From contig NW_003314298.1 in assembly GCF_000143415.4 (NCBI RefSeq), forward strand, positions 186,001-250,000: a DNA stretch of 64,000 bases. The letters are read 5' to 3'. The notes under the pieces are model-generated. The model was given only the letters and a program-made list of their open reading frames with translations, had not been told where the DNA came from and searched no databases. Made by a program: the position numbers and the translations under genes. This document shows, in pieces, positions 37,163 to 50,565 of this stretch. This DNA is from Selaginella moellendorffii. Its lineage: Eukaryota > Plantae > Lycopodiophyta. Every line of letters begins with the position of its first letter. Position 1 is the first letter of the stretch.

Positions 37163-37951
37163 GTGCCAAAGGTTCAATCCACAAAACCACATCGCATGTC
37201 TTCCAGTCCAGCTGGTGACATCTTCTGGGGACTTGATCATATTGGTCCCATCTCACCACCAAGCTCCCAAGGACATTGTTACTTGCTCATTGCAATAGAT
37301 TACTTCACAAAGTGGGTTGAGGTTGTCCCCTTGTCACATGCAGATCAGGCTTCCACAACAAAGTTCCTGTACAAACACATCATTTGCCGTTTTGGAGTAC
37401 CTGCCATTCTAGTTTCTGATCGTGACAGTGCCTTCCTCGGCCGAGTTGTTGCACACCTCTTCGGGCAGCTCCACATCCAGCACGTTTGCAGCATTAGCTA
37501 CTACCCACAAAGCAATGGCCAAGCCGAGTCTAGCAACAAAATCCTCAAGGCAGTTCTTTCGAAGCTCGTCAAGGATCATCCACACTGGTGGCATGAATAT
37601 TTGATCATTGCACTCTGGGCTTTCAGGACATCTTTCAAGACATCCATCTCAGCAACTCCTTTCTCCTTGGTCTATGGCACTGAGGCAATACTCCCAGTGG
37701 AGTTCCAGGTACCATCTCTTGCATTGTCATTGTGCCATGCTGCAGATTTCCAGCTCTCCGATGACATAAAACTTCATGCTCATGACATAGACATTCTTGC
37801 TCTTGATGAGCAACGTAGGGTCTCAGCTGAGCAACTTCTTGTTGCAAAGAACAAGCTAAAAGTGGCCATCAATGCCAAAGTTCCAGGAGCCGCCCTCTAT
37901 TTTCCTGAACAGCTCAAGGACTTCACTCCCTCTTCCAAGTTTTCTCTATAG
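37163..37951 (+). pseudogene. Integrase core (family B)
   Basis: WGLDHIGP, AIDYFTKWVE, CRFGVP..VSD, PQSNGQAE. Confidence 0.93.
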
Positions 37952-39424
37952 TGGCTTGGCCCCTATTTCATCCAGCACCAAGTGGAGGGAGGTTCCTACA
38001 TACTTGCAAATGAGACTGGCTGTGAGCTTCTGCATGCTTGCAATCATCACCACCTCAAACTGTTTATTCGGTGACATCTTTCCTCTTTCTCTCTTTTTCC
38101 TCATTTCTCTTCACTTTGGTTTACCTTTTTCTCTTATTTTTCCTTTTTTCAGGCTCTAATACCTTGGGCTTTGAGTTCCAGTTTGGAGTTGATCCAGTTT
38201 GGATCAACTCCAATTCTCGGTTAGTTCTCAACCTTTTTGGGGTTCAAAATCTTCACTTCATACCACCATCTATCACTGTTAATATCATCAAGTAACAACC
38301 CCAAATCACATACCATTCTCCCCGGACATTGTTGCCCATTACTTGCTATAGATACCCATACTGGGATATTAGCAATTTCATCTACTTTTTCTCCATATTT
38401 TTCAACATGCATTTCTATTACTTCACTATGGCTATAAATACCTCTCCATAGCAGCAAAGATCATCCAAATTGGATGTGCAATTTACAAGTTATAACTGCG
38501 ACTTTACACCATTGTTACGTACCATTAGTTTTGGAACGGTTTTTCTTTGAGCCAGCACCGTCCAGCACATGGAGAGTGGCTAGGCCACTTTCTTGAGCAA
38601 GCTTCCAGCTGCCAACACTTTTCTCCAGCTCCAGGCCATCTGTGGACAAATACCATTACCAACAAAGCAATGTTTTCACCACTTGAGCTGTCGATAGTAG
38701 CTGCAACTTTCAGTTTCAGGCTGTCACTAACATCATACATCTCTCCACCACCACGGCCATCCATTCCCATTCTCTTGGCCACTACCATTCCCTTGCATTT
38801 TTACAAACTTTTCTCAATTCCACACTTACCACCAATGGGCAACGCATTTTTCACCATTGTTCATACCCAAAACCTTTGAGGACAACACAAGAGCTTGTTT
38901 GAGGAACTTCATCAGGTTTGGGGACCTTGCGGCCATGATCCAAGTTGGCTCCCACTGTCCCTTAGTCTTTTTCCATTACTTCTTTCTTTTACCCTTTTAC
39001 AATCACTTTTACACTTTGTTTTTCTCTTTCTTTTCCTTCCCCATTTTCTCTCTTGCACTACAAGGGTCAAGTTTGATTATAGAGTTTCCCACTAAATTTT
39101 TCCCTCTGTCCTCAAACTTTTCTCCTCCTCTTTTCTATTTCTCTTTCACTTTTCTTGCAACACCGACAGCCATGCAGCACTCCATTGTGGATCCTCTTTG
39201 TGCCAGAGTCTACTCGATCCCCTGTGATCACCTGTTGGGATGTGGAGTGTAGCTTAGAGCTATAGGAATATCTAATTCCTGGAATATTTCCTCTTTGTAT
39301 AAAAGCCCCACGAGAGTGAGTGTGGGCTACAGTTTTAGCAGGGTTTTAGAAGGCATGGAAGCATTTAGAACTTGAGAGTTAGAGCTAGGGATATTGGGAG
39401 ATAGCCCTCATCTCACAACATTAC

Positions 39425-42400
39425 CGAGTATGCTAATTTTGCAGATGTTTTTGACAAAAAAAGGGCTAACATTTTACTACCACATTAACCTTATGATTGT
39501 CCTATTGATCTAATAGAGGGGATCACCATGGTCCAATCTATAATCTTTCACTAACAGAATTAGAGGCCTTGCGTAAACATATTAAAGAGAACCTTTCCAA
39601 GTTTATATTTAGCATTTTCAGTCTCCAGCTGGTACACTTGTTTTCTTTGTATCTAAGGACAGGTCTCTTTATTTGATAGTCAATTATCATGGCCTCAACA
39701 AGGTCACAATTCTTAATCAATACCCTCTTCCATTGATCTTTGAGATGTTGGAGTGACTTTCAAGGGTTCGGTTCTTCACCAAGATCGACTTGCATGGCAC
39801 TTACAACCTCATTCACATTCAAAAGGGCGATGAGTGGAAGATAAATTTTTGTACTCATTATGGCCACTTCAAGTATACAATAATGCCTTTGGTTTGATCA
39901 ATACATTTATTGTTTTCTAACATATGGCGAATGATGTATTTTATGACTTTTTTTATCTCTTCATCATCATCTACCTAGATGACATTCTCATCTTCTCAAA
40001 GAGCGTGGACCATACTTGAGCTCACGAGCTGAAGAGTTGAGCTTATGAGTTGAGCTCAATTTTCAATTATAATTTAGTACAAACATTATAAACTTTAAAA
40101 TTTAAAGGTTATGGCAAACCTAATAATTTCATAACTCTCTATATATTATATAGATAAAAATGTTCTAAAGGACACTTCTTATTCTAATAATTTAAATATT
40201 TACTACATACGTTTGTTAGAACATAAAATAAAATGTTTGTAAAAAGAGTATTTTTGTCACTTCTTTAAATCTATATTCTGTACATTCTGGCTAGTAAATG
40301 TCAGATTTGTCAGAGTTTAAAAATTATTAAATTTGAAATAAGATTCTATATAAGGCCATATATCCGTTTGAAAGGAAAAAATAATAACCGTTAATATAAG
40401 TTTATTGCATATAAAAGAAAGACTTGGTTCTTTTCTAGAATATATTCTTAAGGGTTTTGTCATAGCATATTATCTAGAATTTATAGATCTTCACTTGCAC
40501 TCTCATTCGAAGAAAAAGAAATACACACAAATGTCTGTAAGTTCTAATGATGGTAATTTTAAGTCTTGCAATCTTTCTTCCTAGGGTTCAAAGGCTAGGA
40601 GATGCAATAGTTATCCCATTGCACAACATAACCAAACCACACAAAAGAAAGAAAGAGAGGATAGTGAATATAATGATCATGAGTTGGAGATAAATATAAT
40701 GACAAAGAGTGTTACAAATTATGTGAAAAAGAATGCTTTCCTACTTTTTAAAAAAAATTACAATTCTGTGACTTTAAAAAAATACTCTATATGTTTTCTG
40801 GCTTTTGGTGGAAATAATGGTGATGATTATTATGATGGTATATATACTCTTGTAACACATTGCAACATCACACACCCAAAAGACTACCATAAAATATTTT
40901 TTGAGATGGTAAAGATAGAAATGGAGACACACAAATACTATGGATAGTATTGCAAAAATAACACTCACAAATATATGAAATAAAAAGGGAAATGACAAAA
41001 TATTTTTATTAATTATATAAATTATAATAAGTTTATATTATTGATAGAGAATAAACATCAATAGTGTTGAAAATTCTAGTTAGCTCCAAAAGTTTTCTAC
41101 AACTTAGCAATAGTAAGGCTTGCTTGGTGTATATGAATATCCACTTTAGGATCCTAGTGCAAGATGTTGATGAAGATGTAGTACATATGTTTGCAAGAAG
41201 CATATGCCTTCTTATATTCTTTGTGCTTCATAAAGTTTAGATATGTGTAAGAAGAAAAGTTTTGAATGGCAATTGTGTACTCTCCACCTTCTGTTTTGAT
41301 TATATACTCCTTTGCAAGTGCAATGATGTACTTCATGGAGAGAATCTCACACTCAAGTGTTTGAGCCAAGTTTATTTTACCTTGCTTTTACTTAGAGAGG
41401 GTACCAATAAATTTAACTACCTTACCTATTTTTGCTGGCCTCTTGTGCGTCTTTGTGGGAATAATCCTAGTTTTATCATTAATGTCTTCAACTCTCCTTT
41501 CAAGATTGAAACCAAATTTCTCAAGGTTTTCAATCTTATCTAAGGTGAGCGCAACCCCATTAGCAACTGGCTATTCTTTGAATGTGGAGACTATTATTAC
41601 TATTGATAAAAATGCTCATGTTACTTTCGAAACAACAGTCTAGAGCAAGAGAAAAAAAAATGGATAACATAGTGGAAAGCACTAATAAATCCACTCTATA
41701 AAGCTTTCAATAACTTTTGTAATCCACTAAAATATTGTAAACATTTCTTTGATCTTCCTTTCTAGGTGTGCCAAGCCTTGAAGTATTTTCCACTTATTTG
41801 AGAGGAATAAGTGTGTAGTATATATGATGTGGACAAATCAAAGAGTTATATCTACATATGATTTTAAGATTGAAAGGTAATATTACAAAAAAGCATACTC
41901 ACGTGTCTGTTGATCTTTATCCTATAGTACTGTTTGTTCTACATATTAACCTATTAGTCAATGCTATGAAATAATGTAACATGTGCAATTTTGTAGTTGT
42001 CGTTGTTATCACCACAGCCTAAGCGTGTAATATAGAGATTGTGGTAGTGAAACAAAATTAATATTCTCACATTTTTGTATGTTAGAATTACTTATAGATT
42101 TTTTTTCTTCCTTGCTTCTTATCTATGTAAACCCTAAAAAATGAATGAGTGAATCAATGTTTCAAATTCTTTATATAGTTTTGGTCAATTGTTGAAATGT
42201 CAAAATGTTGAAATATACAATAGAAATTTCAAGTTTATTCAAACTTCAATATTCCCATTTTTATTTGGTACCAATAAAGCCCAAAACTTTCTATGGGTTT
42301 AGACGAACTTCTAATTCTAGAAATAGTATTTTATTGTATAAATTGCATTAGAAAGATTCATAAAATAGAAATTTCTTTGAACCATTGATAATTAAATTCA

Positions 42401-45116
42401 TAAATTTCAAGTTCACCAAAGACATTTTTCTGACTTAACATTTCCTTATAAGACTTATGGTTAACTATGTTGATTAGCATTGACTTGAACTAAATTGAGC
42501 TCAACTTGTGAGACTCAACTCAAGTTTGGATCATCCCCTTCTCAAAAACTTAAGAATATGATCATTATGTCCATTTTGTTTTTTAACACCTTCACTAGCA
42601 TGCCATTTTTGTAAAGTTGGAGAAATGTTTGTTTGAACAAGATTTGTTGAAGTTTTTGGGTTATATTCTTTATTCCCATGGCATCATTATAGATCTTATA
42701 AAGGTTTTGAAAATTCTAAAGTAACAACACTTAGCTTTCATCCCTGATATTCAATATTTTTTGGGTTTTGCAAGCTTCTATCAATGTTTCATTTAGAACT
42801 TCTCCAAAATTGCCCTTCCTCTAACACGACTCACCATAAAGGATGTCCCTTTTTAAATAGTCTTCTATTACTCAAACTTTGTTTAAGCAATTAAAGTTTG
42901 CATTCACTTCTACTCTAATTTTCATCTATCTAATTTTTTCGATACAAGTAGTGATAATACTTGGGCTATAGTTTTGTATTATTAGCATTGGTGTATTTGC
43001 TAGTTAGCAATTATGTTGATGTTTAGACTAATGAAACTCAATATCAATTATGGAGAGACATGTCATTTCACTCAAATCTAAATATCAACAATGTCAATGA
43101 CAATTGTTTTCAAGGTTTTTCTCACATTATCACTATTTACAATGACTATAAAAACCTATTATATTGGTCTTCAACACATATCCTCAATCGGTGTTAAACT
43201 CAATAGTTATAATCACTATCTTGTTTCTGGTTTGTGATTGTCCATCTAGGGAAAGCAAATAAAAAAGCTAATGCTCTCACTTGAGTTATTTCACACTCTC
43301 ACCTAAGGATTTTATATTTAACCTCCAACATTAGACTCTCCTTTATTCTTCTCATTTTCAAATTAATTTTCTTGCTCAATTTTTTGCTCTTTTTTATCAC
43401 TCTCTCAAATTGTAAATTAAAGCAACCCAAGCTACTAATTCATTTGTTCAAGAAACTCATCAATCAATTTTTGTTAGTGCTTCTCTAACACAACATAGTG
43501 TTCATTAATTTCTTTAGTTTTATGATAGGCTTCTTTATTAATATGCTGAATTATATGTACTTGATAGAAACATGTGGCTATATATTGTCCAAGCATGCCT
43601 GCCATAACACCTTCACTACATGGCATTTTGGCATTCAAAAGATACTAGAATTGGTCCAACACCAATTTTGGTGGTCCTATATGTGTAAGTATATTGAAAA
43701 TTTTGTTCATACATATGATATATGTCAACAAACTAAATTACCTTAACACCCTTCATCTAGTCTTCTTCAACCATTTTTTATTGTTCCAAGGCTTTAAAAA
43801 TCTATTTCTATAGATTTCCTTACTAATTTCCCACCCTCACAAGGATTTGATAGTGTTTGTGTTGTGGTTGACCATTGTTCTAAAATAACACATTTTTTGT
43901 TATGTCAACAAATGATTAATAGGGAGTAGTTCACTGAGTTTATTTATAAAGAGATTTTTTGTCTTCATGAATTGCCAGATGATATTGTTAGTGATCAAGG
44001 GCTTCAATTTGTCTCCACCTTTTACCACAAATTTTTATCCTTCCTTCCTATAAAAAACAAACTATTGACTTCTCACCATCTTTAGACTAATGAGCAATTA
44101 GAGGGTACTATTCAAACTTTGGAATAATATCTTTAATGCTTTATTTCCCATCAATAAAATGATTGGCTTGATCTCCTTCCCTCTGCTAAGTTTGCTTATA
44201 ACAATTTCAGCATTCTTTAATACATCACTCTCTATTCTTTGTCAATTATAGCCTCCATTCTCATTAGTCATATTATTTTCTACAAGCCTTTAGTCTTACC
44301 AATGACTTTGTTATTGCACATACTATTGCTATAGATTCTCGTCACGAGGAAATTCATCACCACCTTTCTCATGCTTAAGCTACTCATCACTATATTATTG
44401 ATTGTTCTTGCTAATTTGGTCCTTCTTTTCCAGTTGGATCAAGGGTTTAATTTGTCATCATTGGAAGACCACACACCCTTACAACAAATTAAATTATTAA
44501 CACCTATATCCTTTTTCTATGCTCTTTTGCACTTCTAAGGTCATTTATTAGCTCAAACTCCCTCCATCTTAGGCTTGCATCCAGTTTTTCATATTGTCTT
44601 TTTTAAAACTATATCACACTCTTGCTACCATCCTTGACTCAAAGTATTAATATTGCAAACTAGCTTAGGTATTCTCTTGATGATTGTACTTCAGAGTTTA
44701 CTTTTTATTTCACTCATGCTTCTAAGTTCATTGTAAATTTTCATTAATGTTATCCCCTCAAGCTTGGTCCTACACCTCTCTAGCTGCCGCTTAAAAGGGG
44801 GGATAATGTCACATATTTACTATTTTTTTCATCTATATTTATTGAAGTATATTTGATGACAAGATTCAAACTCCAAACCTTCATTTAGCAGATTTGAACC
44901 CAAGATCTATGCACATAGATGGGCATTCAGGATTAGTATGGACCTATACCCAGATTAATTTCTTGAGACATTATATAATGAGGGTTTCTAGGATTTTGTA
45001 TTCAAAGTGTTTAACATAAATTATTTTTTCTCCATTATTTTGTCTTTTCTTCTCTATTGTTTCTATCTTTATCTTAGTAGTTTATCTCCTCTCCTCTCAA
45101 TGACAAACTCTTGACA
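39425..45116 (+). mobile_element. Old chromovirus-type gypsy relic C (Tcn1-like); PPT about 44793-44806, 3' LTR about 44807-45116; interrupted at 40001-42538
   Basis: EYANFADVFDKK..PYDCPIDL; FTKIDLHGTYNLIHIQKGDEWK; IYLDDILIFS; HFGIQKILELVQHQFWW; chromodomain-tail-like NFH*CYPLKLGP; AAAAGGGGGGATAA|TGTCA..TGACA. Confidence 0.85.
40001..42538 (-). mobile_element. DNA transposon relic (MULE-like) with 8-9 bp TSD (C)TTCTCAAA and decayed SWIM zinc-finger coding region (about 41100-41370)
   Basis: TTCTCAAA at 39993-40000 and 42539-42546. Imperfect TIRs GAGCGTGGACCATACTTGAG versus rc GGGGATGATCCAAACTTGAG, with TTGAGCTCAA subterminal motifs. Peptide YTIAIQNFSSYTY..F..CKHMYYIF resembles a decayed CxC..CxH SWIM. 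Confidence 0.75.
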
Positions 45117-46964
45117 ATAAGTTGCAACAATTATGCCAAAACTTCAAATCTACATCTACTTATGCATTTGAGTTTTAGATAATTGCTATTAATATTTCAT
45201 TGGATGATATAGTTTTTAAGGAACAATTTTGGCTTGGCCTCCATAATAATATAGATTTCACACAGATCTAATATCACTCATGATTGCTATTAATTTTGCA
45301 AAAATGTCAATTAGAGTATTGTTCTCCATTTAATGGCCTTAGTCTTTAAGTAACCAACACATAAGTATGGCATAATTCCAATGAAGATTGGAGCCATACA
45401 TCAATGACATTTTTCAAATACTAAATGAGAATGTTAGATTGAGAATTACCTTTACATATATTGTGGAGATACAAACCACTTCTGAAAAAGACCATTTTTG
45501 TTAAAGTGAGACCATTTGGAGGTCTCATTTAGTATTTTAATCACTTTTCTAATGTTTATATTTATATTATCTTAATCATGTTTAATTAGATAATTAATTA
45601 ATATTAATCTAGAAAATGTTTCTTTAAATAAAGTATACACTACTAGTAATATAATTAATTTTTTTTACAATGTTGTCACTTCAAATTTTGATTGTATGTT
45701 GCTCAAGAGTAGTCATTAATATAAGCATAATGAGCATAATACATTCTACCATCACCATCCAAAATATACCAATTTAAGCTTTCTCTCAAACAAATTTTTA
45801 CAAGGATTTATGATACAAATGATAAAAAAGAATGATGATTTCTAAGAGATTTGGGAAAATTAGAAGAAAATAATATGTATGTGGTTATATGCAATTATGT
45901 TTCACTTGTTCAAAAACATTTACCATCTCTTCATCAACATTTCTCTAAGCATGGTAAGTTGATATTTATCTAGTTTTGGGAGTAGCCTTCTATTCACATT
46001 CATTTAGGACTGTATCTCTGTTAAAGTGTTAGGAGGCTCTCTTTGGTCTAATGTTCTCAAATCTTATACATCTATTCTAATAAGGTTCATCATTTGGGGC
46101 ATCTTGCCTCACATCAACAACTTTGCTCATATTGGAGAGTTTATCTTTGTTTTGTCTCACTAGAAGCAACATTTGAGTTCAAGGTATTTTTACCTTCTTA
46201 GACATGATCCATAATGCTTTTTTTACCATTGCTATCAAATCTAATGCCCCATATTATGAATAAAATTATTTTCGTTAAAGTGATACTCACAAATTAATTT
46301 AAGACTCTCAAAGTAATAATAAAATCCACCTCAAATCACATTTCCATCTCCATCTACTGATTTTCTTGAACACCTGACCAAGCTCCTCCGCTACTGCTGC
46401 TACTGCCACTTCTGGAAGATCTTGCTTCTCAATCCAAAACCCTAACAACAGCCGTCAAATGGTCCCGCACCCCACGGCCCTGCTTGCGGCACATGAGGCT
46501 AGCCATGATCAAGAACTTGAGCCAGTGCTGGCAAACTAACATAGCCTGCGATCTTTTGATCACTCCAGTTGTCTTGGGCCATGGTGTTTTAGGATCTTTG
46601 AGAGATTATCAATGGACGAACAAGGCTCTGTCGAGGCCTCTGAAAGGCGTGTCAATTCCCCTTCCGGGCCATGGGCAATTCCGAGACTGCTCGAGCAAGA
46701 TTAAGTATAGTGACGCAAGCATTGACAGGTATGCTTTCAAGATCACACCAAACTTTCAAGTCTTAAGTTTCAAAGTCCAAAGCTCCATGTAACATCATGC
46801 CATTCACAGTGGTGATCCAATGGGTTCTTGGAGCAGTAGTGATCCCGCAAGTTCACCGGATGAACTGCCTCAGGCAAGTCTGACCAAAGACAAGTTCATT
46901 GTGTGGGACTGGATCCATGGAACTCATCAACGCTGCAGCCTAACTTCAAAATTGCCACCAGCAA

Positions 46965-47040
46965 TCGTCGGGCATCCAGACAAGATGCCCACCAACAAGG
47001 AGGAGGCCGAGGCCAAGTTCGAGGCTTATGGACTCTAAGA
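46965..47040 (+). pseudogene. DnaJ J-domain fragment
   Basis: HPDKMPTNKEEAEAKF-EAY matches the J-domain HPDK..EAEAKF(KQIS)EAY motif with a small deletion. Confidence 0.7.
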
Positions 47041-47639
47041 TTCTCAAACTGTCTTGTTCTATATGGCGTACCATTTGCACCTACAAACTCGCTAAGCAGG
47101 CAGCTACTTCAGTTTCTGTACAGTACATTAGCTTTGCTATTGCGAAGCTAAAGGGGTGTAAATGCAACACGGTTGGACGCAGCCGTAGCTTCTTGGAATT
47201 CCGGCCACACACGACGCCTCATATCGAAAGCCACTGGCCGTAAAAAGTAAAAGTCGTCCAAGAAAACAAGCAGGTTGACACATTGCGGGTGGTAGTCAGG
47301 CTACTGGAGGTTAACCACGAGAGTGGGCTCTTGAAGGCGATAAGTGGTATGGTGGTGAAGCAGCCCAGAGCGGAAAGGAAACGCATGGCAGTAAGTGAAG
47401 CCAGCCAGCTCCTCCGGCTTTGGAAACACTGGCAAGGCTCGTTTACCTCGCTCAGAGATGTCCACCCCACTCCACTTGCCGCTGCTCTAGTCGTAGGCCT
47501 TGAACCCGCCATCCCAGAAAACAAACTCACTGGCGAGGCCTCTCGGGAAGGCACGTCTCTCGCTACCCACGCCATCACCTCCCAAGTGTTGGTGCTCGAG
47601 TCGAAGGTGTGAAGGTGGTGGCAAAAAACAAAATCACCA

Positions 47640-47934
47640 ACATTTGTGTGGAGGATGTGGACCCAGAACCGGCGCGCACTTGCAACCTTGTCTGGCCGTG
47701 TCAGTATGAAAAGTCCTGCTCGGTGTCATCCTCGAGCACCGGCACGGCATGGAGGATACGCTGCAGTCCAGTGACCGGGTTGCACACCATCGCGCGGAAG
47801 CACCAGTCATCGCGGAGGCTGCAGATGAGGCCCAAGGGAGGGAGGAGCATGTTGGACACCACGGCGACCAGCTCCTCGTCTTGGGTACCAGCCACACACT
47901 CCTTGCCCTTTGCGGCAATGTCCACCTTGGGCAA
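47640..47934 (-). pseudogene. F-box-associated/kelch-type protein fragment
   Basis: GLIC...MVCNPVTG..RIL motif typical of plant F-box proteins. Confidence 0.5.
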
Positions 47935-49146
47935 GTCACGCCCTTGTCTTCGTCTTGGTGCCCTCGCCTTCCTCTCCCTCCTCGGCCTCCCGCCAATTCC
48001 CTCTCAATAGCTCTGCGCTCCATTGACCTAATTCTCCTGACATCATTACGATCTTCTTCTTTACCTTTAGCTAAAGGTCCAATACCCGATCTCAATTCGA
48101 AGAGCTAAGAACACAGGTAATGTCCTCTTTTTCACTCACTCCGCTGTGCTCCTATATCTTTATTGAGAGATGGTAAGTACAAAAGAAGAAATTTCTACAT
48201 CACTAGTGAAAGTTATGAGCTGGGTCCAAGTTTTAAATCCTGTTTTTTTCCTTTTTCCAAACAGGACATTCAAAATATATTTAAAGCCATTAGATTTTAG
48301 TGTTGGGTAGGAACTCCCACAAAAAAACATTGTAAACCATGTCCATATCAAAAACCATTGCGTGCAACTGGTTTTTAGACATGGTTTTTCTATGGTCACC
48401 TGTGATTGTCCTCGTGGCTGAAAATCAGTTCATACTGATCGACCTTAAGTTTGCATATCGGGCAGACATAGAGCACTTGTACAGTGACAAGAAGGAAGCA
48501 GCTGCATCCGATTGTCACAAGCTGCTTCCCTGCCTGCTGGAGTTGTGGATGGGTTTGCGCCTCGAGGATCAGGTGATTGTTGAAATGCTGGGGAAGTGTT
48601 GGGCCTGTTTGCAAACCACATAGTCTGGATCACGTACTCAGGGACAGACAAGGTTCTTCTTGCCGGCAGCTGATGGTTGCTTTCCTCTGCTGCAAGTCTA
48701 AAGTTTATGTTGTCAGAATAGCGATCCGTGGAAACAAGAGTGTTTTGGAGGTCTGTGGTGGTCCATGTGGCAGAGGTACTCGCCGCTCGGATCCCTTGCA
48801 GGTGACTGGCGTGCCTAGAGTGCAGCCCATTGTCCAATACGACGAAGCGTTACCTGAAGTTCAAAGCGCATAGCGGCGCCCCAAGATTATACCTTGAGCC
48901 AAGCCAAGTGCTACGACCAAGCGGGACTCGTGGCAAAGGTTGGGATATAGAAGCGCACATCCCTCCAATGTTTCACTTTCTCGTTTGCTAGGCCTGGCCG
49001 AATTGCTCTCACTCCGCACAGTGAGGAATGGAATCCATTTTACTCTTGAGTGAAAAGTACATAGTTTTTAAATTTACACTAAGCTTTTCAAACCCCTCAA
49101 GTAGTCCCGAATCAATTTCGACATGAAGACCTCGATGAAGCCCCAT

Positions 49147-50565
49147 TTACTCTGCACCGTCTTTGTTGCGGATGACATCCCTCGCTTCATATGCCGCTAA
49201 TGGTGGTTGTAGCCAGGCCTCGCAGGCTTTCGAGAAGATGGCATGGACGTGGTTTCAGGCAAGTGTGTTACCATGGTGTTCTCCCAAACTTTTCAAAGCT
49301 TTATTTACATTGAGGAACCTCGCGACCAAGAGCTTGGAATCGCCCAACAATCCATCTCTCTCGCCTGGAGCAGCACATACAAGAGTATGGCACAAACACA
49401 TCCCACCGCGAGGTTGGATCCCTGCGAGATGGCAATGCAGCAGAACTAGTTTGATCCCGGCACGCCATTGCCAGCTCCACCCGGAGAAGAGCAGCAAGAT
49501 CCCCAGCAGTCCCACTGGAAAAGCTGCCCCAAGAGAAGCCCCAGCACAAGCTTGCCACCGCCACTCCGAAACGATGCTGCCCGGCCAGTCCTCCAGTGCC
49601 ATGGCAAACCGGGAGAGCTCCAAACCAGCAGCCTACCAAGTTCATGAGCCCCACGCTCACCGAGACTTTGGTCGGAGTCACGGCGTCCTTCTTCACCGGG
49701 AAGAGATCGCTCGAGAGCTTGCAAACCGCCACCACCGAGTTGAGGATGGTGAGAGGGAGCTGCGGGATGGCGGCTCTCACAAACCCCGTCTTCGTGGGAA
49801 GAGATTCGAGCGATCCGTGGCGTGGCCGGGCCAAACTGGAGCTCCTTGAGAACGTGTGGCCTCCTCACAAACGCCCGAGCACGAACACTGCCAAGGCAGT
49901 CGGGATCCTCTGGAAAAACTTCACGAGCTTTGACGATCTCGCTTGAAGTTCTTCACGGTGCTCTTCATGATCATCGTGATGACGATCACCTTCACTGTTC
50001 GTCACGAAGTACTCGTAGCCCTCGCCGGATCCATTCACCAGCACGAAATGCGAAGCAAATCACTGCGAGGAGAATTCCATCCAAGCCCAGCCATGGTCGA
50101 TCACCCATTGCCTTGTCCCTAGAGAGATTTTGATCCTTCATCACGTACTTGACAGCCTTGACCGCGAAAGAGAGCCCATGCGCAAGCTGGATGCCACGAA
50201 CCACCGGCAATGGCACGATCCAAGCCACGACCCGTGATCAAGCCCGTGATTCCAAGCACAAACACGATCGCAGACACAGTGATCCCCGCGGCCATGATCT
50301 CATCCACACTGAGATGCTTGGATTCGGTGAAGGCCACCGCCGCGATGGATTTCATGGGCTGGACAGGCATCGGCCCGCCAAAGAGCACGCTGGTGAGAAT
50401 GTTGTAGATGCCCGTGGCGATGAGAGACGTACCAAGATCCATGCATGACGATCGGGATGAATGTGCCCAGGTCGCCCAGCGAGCCGCTGAGCTCCTGCCA
50501 TGGCCGCCTGCACTGCCATCACTGGGAGAATCCACCGCTCCTCCCGCTCGCCCCTCTTCCTCCAT
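49147..50565 (-). pseudogene. Molybdate transporter (MOT1/MOT2 family) pseudogene with multiple frameshifts and deletions
   Basis: ELSGSLGDLGTFIPIV, PMPVQPMKSIAAVA, VPLPVVRGIQL, AIPQLPLTILNSVVAVC, VGLMNLVGCWFGALPVCHGTGGLAGQHRFG and FPVGLLGILLLFSG, spread over several frames. Confidence 0.93.

Larger units (their letters stand above)
32126..39420 (+). mobile_element. Ty3/gypsy family B full-length decayed element (non-chromovirus, Athila/Tat-like domains); LTRs 32126-32279 and 39233-39420; TSD TTAC
   Basis: TGTT..CAACA LTRs, with TTAC at 32122-32125 and 39421-39424. Domain order is gag (HFEQYC..DDDHKLRDF), protease (VNSGLGCNVI), RT (MDGFSGYNQL, YMDD), RH, integrase. Confidence 0.93.

Noticed and set aside
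39205-39232. A tRNA gene
   Set aside because: Only a 3'-end-like 20-mer with no D arm or anticodon arm; reported as a possible priming site instead.
47040-48900. Other GC-rich ORF-like blocks (47219-47612, 48339-48873) and 52707-52982
   Set aside because: Probably further gene fragments, but no family could be recognised, so no product was called.
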